This document shows, in pieces, positions 45,989 through 56,900 of a stretch of 64,000 bases of DNA. The stretch is from assembly GCF_000281045.1 (NCBI RefSeq), contig NW_008246090.1, forward strand, positions 569,653-633,652, read 5' to 3'. The notes below the pieces were generated by a model. That model ran no database searches. It had not been told where the DNA came from and saw only the letters and a program-made list of their open reading frames with translations. How positions within the stretch are numbered: the stretch's first letter is position 1; each line of letters begins with the position of its first letter. Both the position numbers and the translations under genes were made by a program. This stretch comes from Saprolegnia diclina VS20 (lineage: Eukaryota).

Positions 45989-46483
45989 ATGCAAGCCACG
46001 ACGTCTCCGGTGGCATTCTGCCGCAGCGGGTTCGTTGCCTGTCTGGATCCAACGAGCACCAACAATAGCTCTTTCGCGTGTTGCTGCAGTACGACTGCCG
46101 CCTGTTTGAATCCCGGGTCGTCCAACTGCCACTGCGGCGGCGACCCAGCGCAGACGAGCGAGAGCTTTCTGCGCTTCTTGACGCCACTCGCCGTCGCGAT
46201 TGGGGTCTTCCTCTTGCACGTCATTTGGCAACGGGTCGTCCGGCGGCTGCCTGCGTACCAGCGCGCGCATCGCCAATGGCACGAGAAGGAGCAGATCATC
46301 AACGCCGCTATCGTTATGCCCATGTTTGTGCCCGTGGACGAGCCGGTGGGGCTGCCCCAGCTGCTCGCCGCGCTGGACGCTTGCCGGATCCACGAAGCGG
46401 TTGTCTCGACCGACGCGATCGAGGTGACGCTGCCTCGATGTTTCACGGCGCCCTCGCTACCAACATCGTCCAGTCCCCCATGA
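45989..46483 (+). CDS. Small single-pass membrane protein with Cys-rich N-terminus (hypothetical)
   Basis: MQATTSPVAFCRSGFVAC...FACCCSTTAAC...CHCGG, then hydrophobic FLTPLAVAIGVFLLHVIW followed by a basic stretch. Confidence 0.55.
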   Translation: MQATTSPVAFCRSGFVACLDPTSTNNSSFACCCSTTAACLNPGSSNCHCGGDPAQTSESFLRFLTPLAVAIGVFLLHVIWQRVVRRLPAYQRAHRQWHEKEQIINAAIVMPMFVPVDEPVGLPQLLAALDACRIHEAVVSTDAIEVTLPRCFTAPSLPTSSSPP

Positions 46484-46567
46484 CATGCAGAATAGTACAA
46501 ATGTATGAGTTAGTATATCGTATGTTCAGTATTCTTTATCTATCTAGACGCGGGAGGGTGGCGGAGC

Positions 46568-48217
46568 TTACTCCCACGGGTACGAAGCCGGCGCGGCCGG
46601 TGCGTCGTTCGGTGGCAACGCCGCGGCTGGTGTCGCATCAGGTTGCAGCGCGGCCATCGTCGAGGCTGCATGCAGCTGCATGTCATGCACGAGCTTGTCT
46701 TCCATGACCATCGACACGTGCCCGAGGCTCTCGAGGAGCGACGGTGCCTTCTCGGCTGCAAAGGCCCGGAGATCTTCGAGTAGTTCGTACGCCGACGCCA
46801 TAGTGAGCTTGGACCTTGGTGGCGGTGGTGGCTTCTTTTGCTCGAGCAGACTCCACTCTTCGGTAAACATGAGTTGCGTCGGCAAGTGGTCGTCGACTGC
46901 GATGAACTCGAGAGGGCCGAGCACGAGCGACGGCTCGACGATCGGGACGATCACGGCATAGTACAAGGCGAGAAGCGCCGCGAGGTCGTCCGAGGGGCCG
47001 ATTGGGTGCCGCGCAAAGCTGGCGACGCACGTCGACGGCGCGACGCTTGCCCAGGCGTCGGCGACCCATGTAAGGACGCGGGGTCCATCGACGGACGCGG
47101 CGACTTGAAGCTTGCGCTGGGCGAGCACGTGTCGAAGCAGTCGCACGCGGTACGTGTCCTTGAACGTTTGGAGGATGCCATGCAAGAGCGGGCAGCCGCC
47201 TTGCGGGCCAAAGGTAGCCGACGGACACACGCGCACCGTGACGTGCGCGAGGTCGACGTCCGACGAATGGCACGGCGTGCTGGGCAGGAGCAGCAGAATC
47301 TTGCGGTTGCAAAGCTTCATGTCGGCGTCGAGCGAGAGAAGCCAGTCGTGGAAGATGTCGGCGGTCATCCATGCTTGCGGCGCCTTCTTCATGCCTAGCG
47401 CTTCGAGCGACGCGTCGACCTTGACCTCGCTCCCAACGATGAGCGGCGGAATCTTGTGCGACCCTGTCGCGTTGCAGCACAGCAAGAGAGTGATGACGTC
47501 GGCGTCTTCTTGCAGTGAGAGCGAGTGGTCTTTTAGGTCGCGGAGAAGCCGACCGGCCGTGTCGGGCAACGTCTGGTAGAGCAGCTGCGTCTCCGAGCCC
47601 GAGAAGACATCGTCGGGCGCATAGAGCTTGAGAAGCTCCAGCATGCGCTCCGAGGCATACCAATCGCCCCACTCTTCCAAGGACGGGTCGGGGAGGTCCA
47701 TTGCCATGGGCAGTGGCGGCGCCGTCGCGGCGTGGCGCTGCTTCCGGAACGAGATGTGGTGGCGCTTGCAGAACGCCTCGAGCCAGCCGTTCGAAGCCTT
47801 GAACGACTGCGCTTGCGGCACACGCTTGGCGAGCTCGAGCGCTTTTTCTTGCACCTTGCTGCCGGAAATCGGGCCTTTCTGCGCCTTGTACCAGTCCCAG
47901 ACCATGTTGTTGAGCACTTCATGGCGTGCCTTGCGCTTGGGCGCATTCGATGGCGGCGCTTCAGCTTCGTACAAGGTCTTGGCCTTCTTCTTCAAGATGT
48001 TGTTGACCGTGCCAAGGCCAATGTCGAAGTCACGGGCGAGATGGCGCTGGCTCACGCCAGAGTCGGCCCGCTGAATGAGATCGATCTTCTCAACTAGTGA
48101 CGTCTCGCGCCGCTGCCGCTTGCGCTTCGGGAAGAGCGCAATCGCTTCGTCCGCGCTCGTACTCGACGGCGTGGCCGCGGCCACGAACGGCTCGTCGCCT
48201 GCCAGCAACGACGCCAT
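46568..48217 (-). CDS. pogo/Tigger/CENP-B-like transposase-derived protein, catalytically degenerate (probably domesticated)
   Basis: HTH1 (SLVEKIDLI...SQRHLARDFDIGLGTVNNILK), HTH2 (VWDWY...PISGSKVQEKA...FKASNGWLEAFCKRHHI) and DDE_1-like region (ITLLLCCNATGSHKIPPLIVG, AWMTADIFHDWL). The three catalytic Asp positions are replaced; no TIRs seen. Confidence 0.88.
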   Translation of the reverse strand: MASLLAGDEPFVAAATPSSTSADEAIALFPKRKRQRRETSLVEKIDLIQRADSGVSQRHLARDFDIGLGTVNNILKKKAKTLYEAEAPPSNAPKRKARHEVLNNMVWDWYKAQKGPISGSKVQEKALELAKRVPQAQSFKASNGWLEAFCKRHHISFRKQRHAATAPPLPMAMDLPDPSLEEWGDWYASERMLELLKLYAPDDVFSGSETQLLYQTLPDTAGRLLRDLKDHSLSLQEDADVITLLLCCNATGSHKIPPLIVGSEVKVDASLEALGMKKAPQAWMTADIFHDWLLSLDADMKLCNRKILLLLPSTPCHSSDVDLAHVTVRVCPSATFGPQGGCPLLHGILQTFKDTYRVRLLRHVLAQRKLQVAASVDGPRVLTWVADAWASVAPSTCVASFARHPIGPSDDLAALLALYYAVIVPIVEPSLVLGPLEFIAVDDHLPTQLMFTEEWSLLEQKKPPPPPRSKLTMASAYELLEDLRAFAAEKAPSLLESLGHVSMVMEDKLVHDMQLHAASTMAALQPDATPAAALPPNDAPAAPASYPWE

Positions 48218-49218
48218 GCCACGCGTATCCGGATTCCGCCGTAATGTCCGGATACTCTGCCACGGTTCGTACACTATTTACGTCCATGAGGATAGCGCCC
48301 CTACACCGCCGGCTGTCGGCACAACGTTGCGCGGCGTACTGGATTCACGAGTACCGTAATGGCGTGATGGGTTTCGAACTTGCGCCTTTTCGTGCTGTGC
48401 CCAACGACGTTGCCAATACGATCTTATTGAACACTATTTGATGGATACGTGACCATGTGACGATGTTGAAGCTTGATGTTGAAGCAGCGCCACCCAACCT
48501 GGCCCGCCCAGGCGGCCACGATGGATGGCTTCGACATGCTTCACTCGGCATCACCTTCGGCGACCATCGCTGGCGCGGTGCGATGGCTCGGAGTTCATGA
48601 TGGCGGCGCCGTGCTCGTAGCGCAATTGAGTTTCGCAATTGAGCTTCACGATGGCGCTGGCTGCTTCAAGCCCAAGGGCCACCTGCAGGCACAGAGAATC
48701 AACGTTGAAGTTGGCTATCACTATCGAGTGCATCCTTGGAGCCCACGGCTCGAGCCCGTCATTGACAGACCTCCATCGCAACCAAGCGGCGGCTAGGAAA
48801 TGAACAATTGCGGGCGCAGATAGCAGGATCCCTCGAGAGGCCAAGCATGTACCTTCGCGACGGGCCAGGGCTGCGTGGCGCCAACGGCCAATCGTGGCGC
48901 CCAATCTCCACTTGCACCCGGCGCCTGCCGTCCACCAATGGCATCGCACATGTCGCATGTGGTGGATGTGGCGAGCTCAAAAATCAAGCAAACTCAATTT
49001 CCTTTCGTGGCCCCACAAAATCCACGTGGTGTTGACGCGACACGAGCCTTTTGAGTTGCATGCTTACAAATTGAGTTGTATGCTTACAAACACCAAATAG
49101 AGGAGGCTTTGAAACGCAACCGGCCGCTGATTGGCCGATGCGTTGAGTTTCGTCAAAAGGTGTCGAAAGGCGACGTGGGGTTGCGACACACGACGCCACT
49201 TCATTTCCTTTCGTGATC

Positions 49219-50633
49219 ATGCTCGCCAAAGCCGCCTCGACCGCCACCCGCGGGTGTACGTCCATCCCCATCTTGCGCCACGCTCCACGGAGCATGGAAG
49301 CTAGGAATCGAGGTTGACGCTGTATATGCACCTCTAGTCTCCTCGCAAGCCAAGAAGATCGCCGTCGCCAACCCCGTCGTCGACCTCGATGGTGATGAGA
49401 TGACGCGTGTGATCTGGGACCAGATCAAGTCCAAGTTTGTCCACCCGTACCTCGACCTGAACATCGAGTACTTTGACTTGGGCCTCCCGAACCGCGATGC
49501 GACCAACGATCAGGTCACGATCGACGCCGCTCACGCCATCAAGGAGTTCAACGTCGGTATCAAGTGCGCGACGATCACGCCCGATGAGGAGCGTGTGCAG
49601 GGTACGCGCTACATGACATGGCCTCCGTGCTCATCATAGCTGCGACGTAGAGTTCAAGCTCAAGCAGATGTGGAAGTCGCCCAACGGCACGATCCGCAAC
49701 ATCTTGAACGGCACGGTCTTCCGCGAGCCGATCGTCATCTCGAACGTGCCCCGCCTCGTGCCTGGCTGGAAGAAGCCGATCGTGGTCGGCCGCCACGCCT
49801 TTGGTGACCAGTACAAGTGCACGGACTTTGTCGCGAACGGCCCGGGCAAGTTTGAGATGAGCTTCACGCCGGCTGATGGCAGCGCCAAGCAGTCGTGGGA
49901 GGTCTATGACTTCAAGGGCGCCGGCGTTGGCATGGGCATGTACAACACGGAGGACTCGATCTACGCGTTCGCCCACTCGTGCTTGTCGTTCGCGCTCACG
50001 AAGAAGCAGGACTTGTACCTCTCGACCAAGAACACGATCTTGAAGAAGTACGATGGCCGCTTCAAGGACATCTTTGAGGAAGTCTACCAGGCCGAGTACA
50101 AGGCCAAGTACGACGCGGCGGGCATCAGCTACACGCACCGCCTCATCGACGACATGGTCGCCCAGGCGCTCAAGTCGGACGGTGGCTTTGTCTGGGCCTG
50201 CAAGAACTACGATGGTGATGTCCAGTCGGACATTGTCGCCCAGGGCTACGGCTCGCTCGGCCTCATGACGTCGGTGCTCCTCGCGCCCGATGGCAAGACG
50301 GTCGAGGCCGAGGCCGCCCACGGCACGGTCACGCGCCACTGGCGCGAGTACCAGAAGGGCAAGGCCACGTCGACGAACCCGATCGCGTCCATGTACGCCT
50401 GGACGCGCGGCCTCGCGCACCGCGGCAAGCTCGATGGCAACAACGAGCTCATCACGTTCTGCAATGACTGGGAGTCGGCGGTCATTGAGACGGTCGAGAA
50501 GGGCTTCATGACCAAGGATCTCGCCATCTGCGTCCACGGCACGTCGAACGTGACGCCCGACCAGTACCTCACGACCGAGCCCTTCATGGACGAAGTCAAG
50601 AAGACGTTGGATGCCAACCGTGCCCGCAAGTAA
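49219..50633 (+). CDS. IDH2: NADP-dependent isocitrate dehydrogenase with mitochondrial-type presequence
   Basis: [20 protein letters not shown]...[10 protein letters not shown]...[12 protein letters not shown]...[15 protein letters not shown]...[12 protein letters not shown]; 2 introns. Confidence 0.95.
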
Positions 50634-51401
50634 TTACTATAATCGACGAGCAATCGAAGCCCTGTTGTCCCATCCTTCCTCTTCGTCCTTTACGCATTAC
50701 GATGGAACTGCCAGCAACAGCATGGTGCATCCTTGGTTCTCAGAGTCGAGCACGACCCTACGTACGCACGACCCCAGAACGCCACCACCATATCGACCGG
50801 TGTGGTCATGCGTGCAGGCTGCCTGCGCCCCGCAATTGCTTGTGGCATGCATATATCAACGCAGCAGCTCGCCTTGGCAAGTGGTACCGTGACGTCGATC
50901 GTCTTCGAGCTACATAGCACACTCGGCTTGCCATTCGCCGTACCTTTGCTCGTCGACTCGAAGCTCTTCGGATGTGTCCTACAACGTGGAGACAATGGCG
51001 ACAGGCTGCCACTGCTGGTATACTACGGCCGTGGCATTGTCATTTGGTCGGGTTCCGAGTTGGTGGAGCTTGGTCTGGGGCTGGTAGACGGCGCAGAAGG
51101 ACCCAATGTCGGATCTTTGGGTCTGCGAAATCGGGTCGAGCTCGCCACGCGCAGCGCAGACGTTCAGCGCCTCGAGCCCGTGGCGCCAGCACAAGCACTT
51201 CAACTTGGGAGCGAGGAGGCACCGACCACGATAGAGCCGAGGTTGTCACGGCTCGTTCGCTTGACGATCCGTGGTCGGGCATCTCGAGATGGCGCGTCGT
51301 TTCGTCCGCTATGGAATCATACTCGTACAAGTGCTAACCCTCGTCCAACCCAGAGAGCTTTGACAACGTCCATTCAACGGTATTATCGATGCGTGAGGTA
51401 T

Positions 51402-52541
51402 CTACGCCATGGACGGCGCGTGGTCCTCTGTCGAGGTCTTGCGCGTGTACCCGCGCTCCGCCTTGGGGCGGAAGCATGCGCGGCCCGACTTGCGGCAACG
51501 GTAGACGCCAAAGGCGACCACAAGCGCAGTCAGAACCGCAACAAGGACGCCGATAAGTGTCCCGGTGTGCGACGTACTGGTACTGACGTACGATCCATAC
51601 ATCGTCGGCTGGTGGGGCTCGTACGCAGGGACCGGCACAGCGGTGTACGTGGTCACAGGCGGCGACGCCATTGGCGTGTACGCGCCGGGCAGCCCGCCGG
51701 GAACGGTGCCCGCGACGTACACGCGGCCCGAGCCCGCGACCGCGGTGGCGAGGGTTGTCGTCGACTGAACGTAGGCGCTACCGCTGCCCGTGACGACGAC
51801 GGACGTGTCGCGGCAGTTCATGGCGCTCACAAACGCATTGCCCGCGCCAGAAATGGAGACCTTGTGCTCACGGCAGATGCCAGCCGCATACAAGTTGACT
51901 TGGCCCGTGCCATCGACCGACGTGGCCACCGAGGAAGACACATTCACGAGCGACGAGGCGCCAACGTAGGCTTTGCCCGAGCCCGTCGCGGCCATCTTGA
52001 GCGAGCCGACATCCAGCGTTGTCGTCAAGAGCGCCAGCGTGCCCGAACCACCGACAGCAACGTTCAAACCCGAGTTTACCTTTGTCACCGGTACTTCCCA
52101 CTGGAGCCGGCTTGAGCCAGACACCGAGATGGTCAAGTTTGCAAGCTCAAGAGACGGCGCCGAGACGTACACAGCACTGGAGCCCGTCGTTGTCAAGACA
52201 ACGGACGTGGTCTGGAGTGCGTAAGGGGCCACGACCACGTCGCTCGAGCGCATGGCGCGAAGCGACGCCAGCGACCGCGTCGGCATGTACACGTCAATGA
52301 GGTAGCGCACTTCAGTGTTGCGGAGGCGGTCGTAGCCATCTTCGGCAAGATCAAAGCCGAGAGCTTTGCCGTCGTCTTGGAATGCAAGACTGTCGAGGAA
52401 GGCTTGGGAGTCGGCGCGCACGACAATGGATGGTGTCGGTGCGTCGTAGGCGCGGATGAAGGCGTGAAGCGGGACATTGAGGCTATCGGTGGCGGTTGAC
52501 GAGCTATTGTAGATCTTTACGGGCCACGCCGAAGATGTCAT
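51402..52541 (-). CDS. DUF2807 / GIN (adhesin-head-like beta-solenoid) protein with C-terminal TM helix
   Basis: Repeating (V/I)xGSGx units (TGSSAVYV, SGSSRL, GGSGTL, TGSGKAYV, DGTGQVNL, SGAGNAFV, TGSGSAYV, AGSGRVYV); TM LIGVLVAVLTALVVAFGVY. Confidence 0.85.
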   Translation of the reverse strand: MTSSAWPVKIYNSSSTATDSLNVPLHAFIRAYDAPTPSIVVRADSQAFLDSLAFQDDGKALGFDLAEDGYDRLRNTEVRYLIDVYMPTRSLASLRAMRSSDVVVAPYALQTTSVVLTTTGSSAVYVSAPSLELANLTISVSGSSRLQWEVPVTKVNSGLNVAVGGSGTLALLTTTLDVGSLKMAATGSGKAYVGASSLVNVSSSVATSVDGTGQVNLYAAGICREHKVSISGAGNAFVSAMNCRDTSVVVTGSGSAYVQSTTTLATAVAGSGRVYVAGTVPGGLPGAYTPMASPPVTTYTAVPVPAYEPHQPTMYGSYVSTSTSHTGTLIGVLVAVLTALVVAFGVYRCRKSGRACFRPKAERGYTRKTSTEDHAPSMA

Positions 52542-52561
52542 TGTTGTTGTTGTTGTTGTTG
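52541..52561 (+). repeat. (TTG)7 microsatellite just upstream of the GIN gene start
   Basis: Read directly. Confidence 0.9.
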
Positions 52562-53334
52562 AGAGAAAAAGGGAAAATGAAACGTGGGAACGGGCCTCGC
52601 GCGGTTGTGGTATCACCACGTTATCGAGGTTCGCCGTCATGTCCAACACCGCCGCGTCACTTTGCGACGATTAGGTTATGAAAAAAAAACATATTTGTGT
52701 TATCCACATGCAATCCATCCGCTCAAACTGCTCGACGGCGCTTGCCACAGGTTTCGAGTCGTGGACGATGGTAGGGGTCTGCACACAACTCGTTTCAATG
52801 GTTTCAGCCGACGACGGGTACTACGAGGCAGCTGAGCGCAAATGTGACGTGCACACAGCAGCAAGCTAGACGCGGTGAGGCGTGAAATGGACTTGGGCTC
52901 ACGCCAGAGCAAGTTGGTGCGACTGGATTCAGTGATTTACAGAATGCATTTTGATTGGACACGTTAAAACATATGTCGTCATGATCACATCTCATGCAAG
53001 ACCATCAAACCTTTCGTGTCCTTTCTACATGCATTCTTGCTATTTTTTCGGCAGCCTCAGCACGTACCTTCACAGGCGCCAATTAGGGTCCTAAATACTG
53101 CAAGCGGATCTGTATTTGTGACGGGCGCAACCACCAAAGCAAGGTATACCACGGGCGAGAGGGGTCGCGAGGCAGTCGTTAGTCGGTCGTTAGTCGGTCT
53201 TTAGCTGGTCTTCAGTTGGTCGTACCTTGCCACAACTGACGACGGCACGTCATGCATGAGCCCGAAGTTTCAGCATGTATGTGTGTGCGCTGTTGGTCTT
53301 GTTTATCGCTCGATGAGTTTCGCCCACTGCCGAC

Positions 53335-53615
53335 GGGTGCGGATCAAAAATGAGCGGAGCCCGGCAGAAAAATGAGCGAGGCTGGAAACGGTACATAAAT
53401 GAGCGAAATTTAACCACAATTACCCTTCCCCTTTCCCTGGCAGAGCCTTTGGCGGGCCAAGAGTGCCGGCTCGGGTTAAATTGGACAACGGATTTGCACT
53501 TCGTGCAAACCCGCAGCCGATTTAACCCTTTATACACATCGCGTCCGCTCATTTTTCTGCCGTTTGGAGCCTCGCTCATTTTTCTACCGGGCTCCGCTCA
53601 TTTTTAATCTTTTTT
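53335..53615. mobile_element. Non-autonomous foldback/MITE-like element
   Basis: ~60-bp imperfect inverted arms (53346-53405 / 53546-53605), each with three AAATGAGCG sub-repeats; inner palindromes; flanked by the 11-bp direct repeat ccactgccgac (53324-53334 and 53616-53626). Confidence 0.75.
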
Positions 53616-53987
53616 CCACTGCCGACATGGCGGACGTAGGCGTTCAGGAAACGATTGGCGCGAGAATGACTTGCGACGGGATTCACAGTCGTGGCTCCAT
53701 CTAGTACTCCAGCACTAATGACTGCGGACGCGCCGCCACACAACCAGTACTCGTGTCGGCCCCCTACCCCAAACCTAGCTAGCTCAGTACTAGCAAGGGA
53801 TTGATTATTGACCCTTGGTACTAGGACGCGTTGCAATTCGCTGCATAGATATGCCATGGCAATGGTATTTCTTCAGCACAAGCCAGCACAATTCTTCAAT
53901 TGGAGTATTTCCTGGGTACCAAGATCGCTGTGTCCGTAAGAGGAGCCACGTGAAACTGCCAAGCGAATTCCCGCCTCTTGGATCGGT

Positions 53988-56900
53988 ATGCAGCGAGTAT
54001 GGTCCGAGTGGCTCTCGGAGCGCGTTGGCCCCTTGTACGTCGTGGTCTCCGTCGCACTGAGCCTTCTCGCCCTTGAACACATGACCATCTACTTGGCGAC
54101 TGATACATTTTGGCCCAACTTTCCACTGGTATCCGTATCGCTTCAGCAACTTGTCAACAATGCACTCTCGCATACGTCCGCACCCACGGCCCTGGACCTC
54201 TTGGGACCATCGCACGTCCTTCTCGCCGACGCTGGTACTATCTCGCCAGTCTACCCTCGGCTGCTCCTGTACGAAGCGCTCACGGACCTCACGTCGGCGG
54301 TGACAGGCCTTCGCCAACTGGACACGAATCATGTCGTGCTCATGNNNNNNNNNNNNNNNNNNNNNNNNNNNNNNNNNNNNNNNNNNNNNNNNNNNNNNNN
54401 NNNNNNNNNNNNNNNNNNNNNNNNNNNNNNNNNNNNNNNNNNNNNNNNNNNNNNNNNNNNNNNNNNNNNNNNNNNNNNNNNNNNNNNNNNNNNNNNNNNN
54501 NNNNNNNNNNNNNNNNNNNNNNNNNNNNNNNNNNNNNNNNNNNNNNNNNNNNNNNNNNNTTGGACAGGCATGTGCCGGGCAGCGTTGCCGACGAGATTGC
54601 ACTTTGGTCGCGCCTCGGGTTCTCTCATTTTACACTGCAGTACGGCACGGGTGTCTCGTTAGGTCTGGACGAATCCATTTCGATTGAAAATGCGTTGGGG
54701 CGTCGCAGTAGCTTTCCGCTCAAAACCATTCGACTACGCAATTTGATGCCGGTGCGGACCACCATGATCTTGTACAACTTGCTCTACAACGACATGTACT
54801 TTATTCCTACCAACACGAGCCTTATCCGCAACACGCCGAGCTTCTTTGGCCATGTGGCGCCGTTGGCCATTGAAGCCAGCATCCAGGGGTACCCGCTCTC
54901 GGCCTTGAACGCTGTCGTGCACGCAGCGATTGGCCCGCTTGGCGCCATTGATGCGATCTGGCTGCCACCGCCGTCCGCGTGGCGCCAGCACGTGCGAGCG
55001 TTCCATCGCGACGCCGTAGCGCGCATAGCACGCAACCGCACGCTTCACGAGCTCTTCCAGGCAAGCATGGCGACGATCGAGGTGCAGCCTGCCGTGTGGG
55101 CCCAAGACACGAGGTCGCAGTACTTTGGCCACTTTTTCTGCGGCAACAACCGCGCACTGCCCTTTGTGCAAGAAACGTTTGGGTTCAACGACGTGTGCAG
55201 CAGCCAAGAGCCGCTCAGCGTGCCCTTGCGCGGCCTCAATACCGTCTTTGCGCTGACACTGACGCCAATAGCATATGCAAAGTCCTTCTTTTGTGCCCAA
55301 GGCCGACACGACCACGACGCGGTAGCATGCATCGCCGCCTTGGACGCTGCAGAGCAGCTACGGGCTGCGCTGTGCCCCAACGTGTCGGCGGTCAACGTCG
55401 CCGCGCTCGAGCCGCTTGAGCTCGGCTTCCCACAGCTCGTCTTGCGCAGCCCTCGTGGCATTACGCTGGAGAGGCTCCTGATGCTCGACCCGTCTTGGCT
55501 CTTCTTTGGTCACATGGCACTCTTCGACTATGCGATGCACGATCGCGAAGCTCTTTCGATCCAAGGCGACGTCCAGTCACTCAACGTCCTCTCGACGTTC
55601 TATGTACCGATCCCAGCACCAGTGCCACCGGCGCCGTCGATGGCCATCGGGTCGTTCTTCTGGCTGGTCGTGGCCAGTGTGTCCTCGACGTACGCTTGCC
55701 TCGCGCTGGTCGCACTCGTGTTGCACACGCGTACATGCCACGTGAAGTACGTGCCGACGCACTGGGTCTTTGCAACCCCCGCCCTCAGCGCGGTTTGGAT
55801 GAGCCGCAATGTACTTCTGCTACGGGGCGTCGCTGCGATGGCGTGTTTGGCGACGGCAACGGTGGAAGTGGCCTCGCCATTTCCCAGTGTTGCACGCCTC
55901 GTGCCCCGCCGTCGATCGCTCTTTTACTCGATGCTCTTGAGCAGCGACGCGCTTTGGCTAAGCTACGCTCTCCAAGGCGTGCTCTTGCCGATCACATTTT
56001 GCTACTTTGTACGCTATGGCCTTGGCGCACTCGCGCTAACATGGTGCCTTGTCGTCGCCATTGATGTGGTCGCCCCCGTCGAGATCTCGGCCACGCTCAC
56101 ACGGTCCTGCCACATGCAAAATATGGACTCGATGCTCTACTGCGATAGCGGCAATGTGGTCATTGGCCGCGTGGACCGACTCGTGCTGCTGTGCCTTGCC
56201 CAGATCGGCGTCGTCCTCTGCAGCGCGATTCTTGGGTGGGTGCGCACGCGTCGCCAACCTCGAGCGGTGCCTGCCCACCCGCTCTTGCCGCTTGCACTTG
56301 TCGCGATGCGCAGCGACGTGGGCCGGCTCAGCGCCGCGACCGCAGCTCTTTGCGGCTTGTGCTACGTCCAGTGGCACGGCACGTCGTATGCGTTTGACAT
56401 CAAGCTCTGGCGGCTGCTCGTGGTGCGAAGCAGCAACATTTTGAAGGTTAACACTGTCGCGCCCTTTGACGCCGACGCGCCTGTCGCGGGGCCGGCGCCA
56501 ATGCAGGCGCATCTCACCGAGCCGACGCGCTGGTACGTTTACACGCACGTGTTGGCGGCGGTCGCCTACCTTGTTTGCACCGTGTACGCCAATGCGGCGT
56601 ACGTCGGCGCGCTCACAACGTCCCTCGCCAACGACTTTGGCTGGGAAGCGTTCAACACGACGGGCACACATGCGTTTTTGGCGAATGCATTCAACAAGGC
56701 GCTACTGACGACGTTGGGAGCGTCTGAAATGGCACTGGCAACCCCCGCGTTTGGNNNNNNNNNNNNNNNNNNNNNNNNNNNNNNNNNNNNNNNNNNNNNN
56801 NNNNNNNNNNNNNNNNNNNNNNNNNNNNNNNNNNNNNNNNNNNNNNNNNNNNNNNNNNNNNNNNNNNNNNNNNNNNNNNNNNNNNNNNNNNNNNNNNNNN

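Noticed and set aside
46400..48500. Active pogo/Tigger transposon
   Set aside because: Catalytic Asp residues are absent and I found no terminal inverted repeats by eye; treated as a domesticated gene.
48473..48796. 107-aa ORF between the CENP-B-like gene and IDH
   Set aside because: No recognisable motif and no clear coding bias; probably intergenic.
50750..51330. Possible decayed second GIN/DUF2807 copy on the minus strand (GSIVVGASSL, SALSWSVP fragments)
   Set aside because: Similarity is limited to a few short words in different frames with stops; needs TBLASTN to support.
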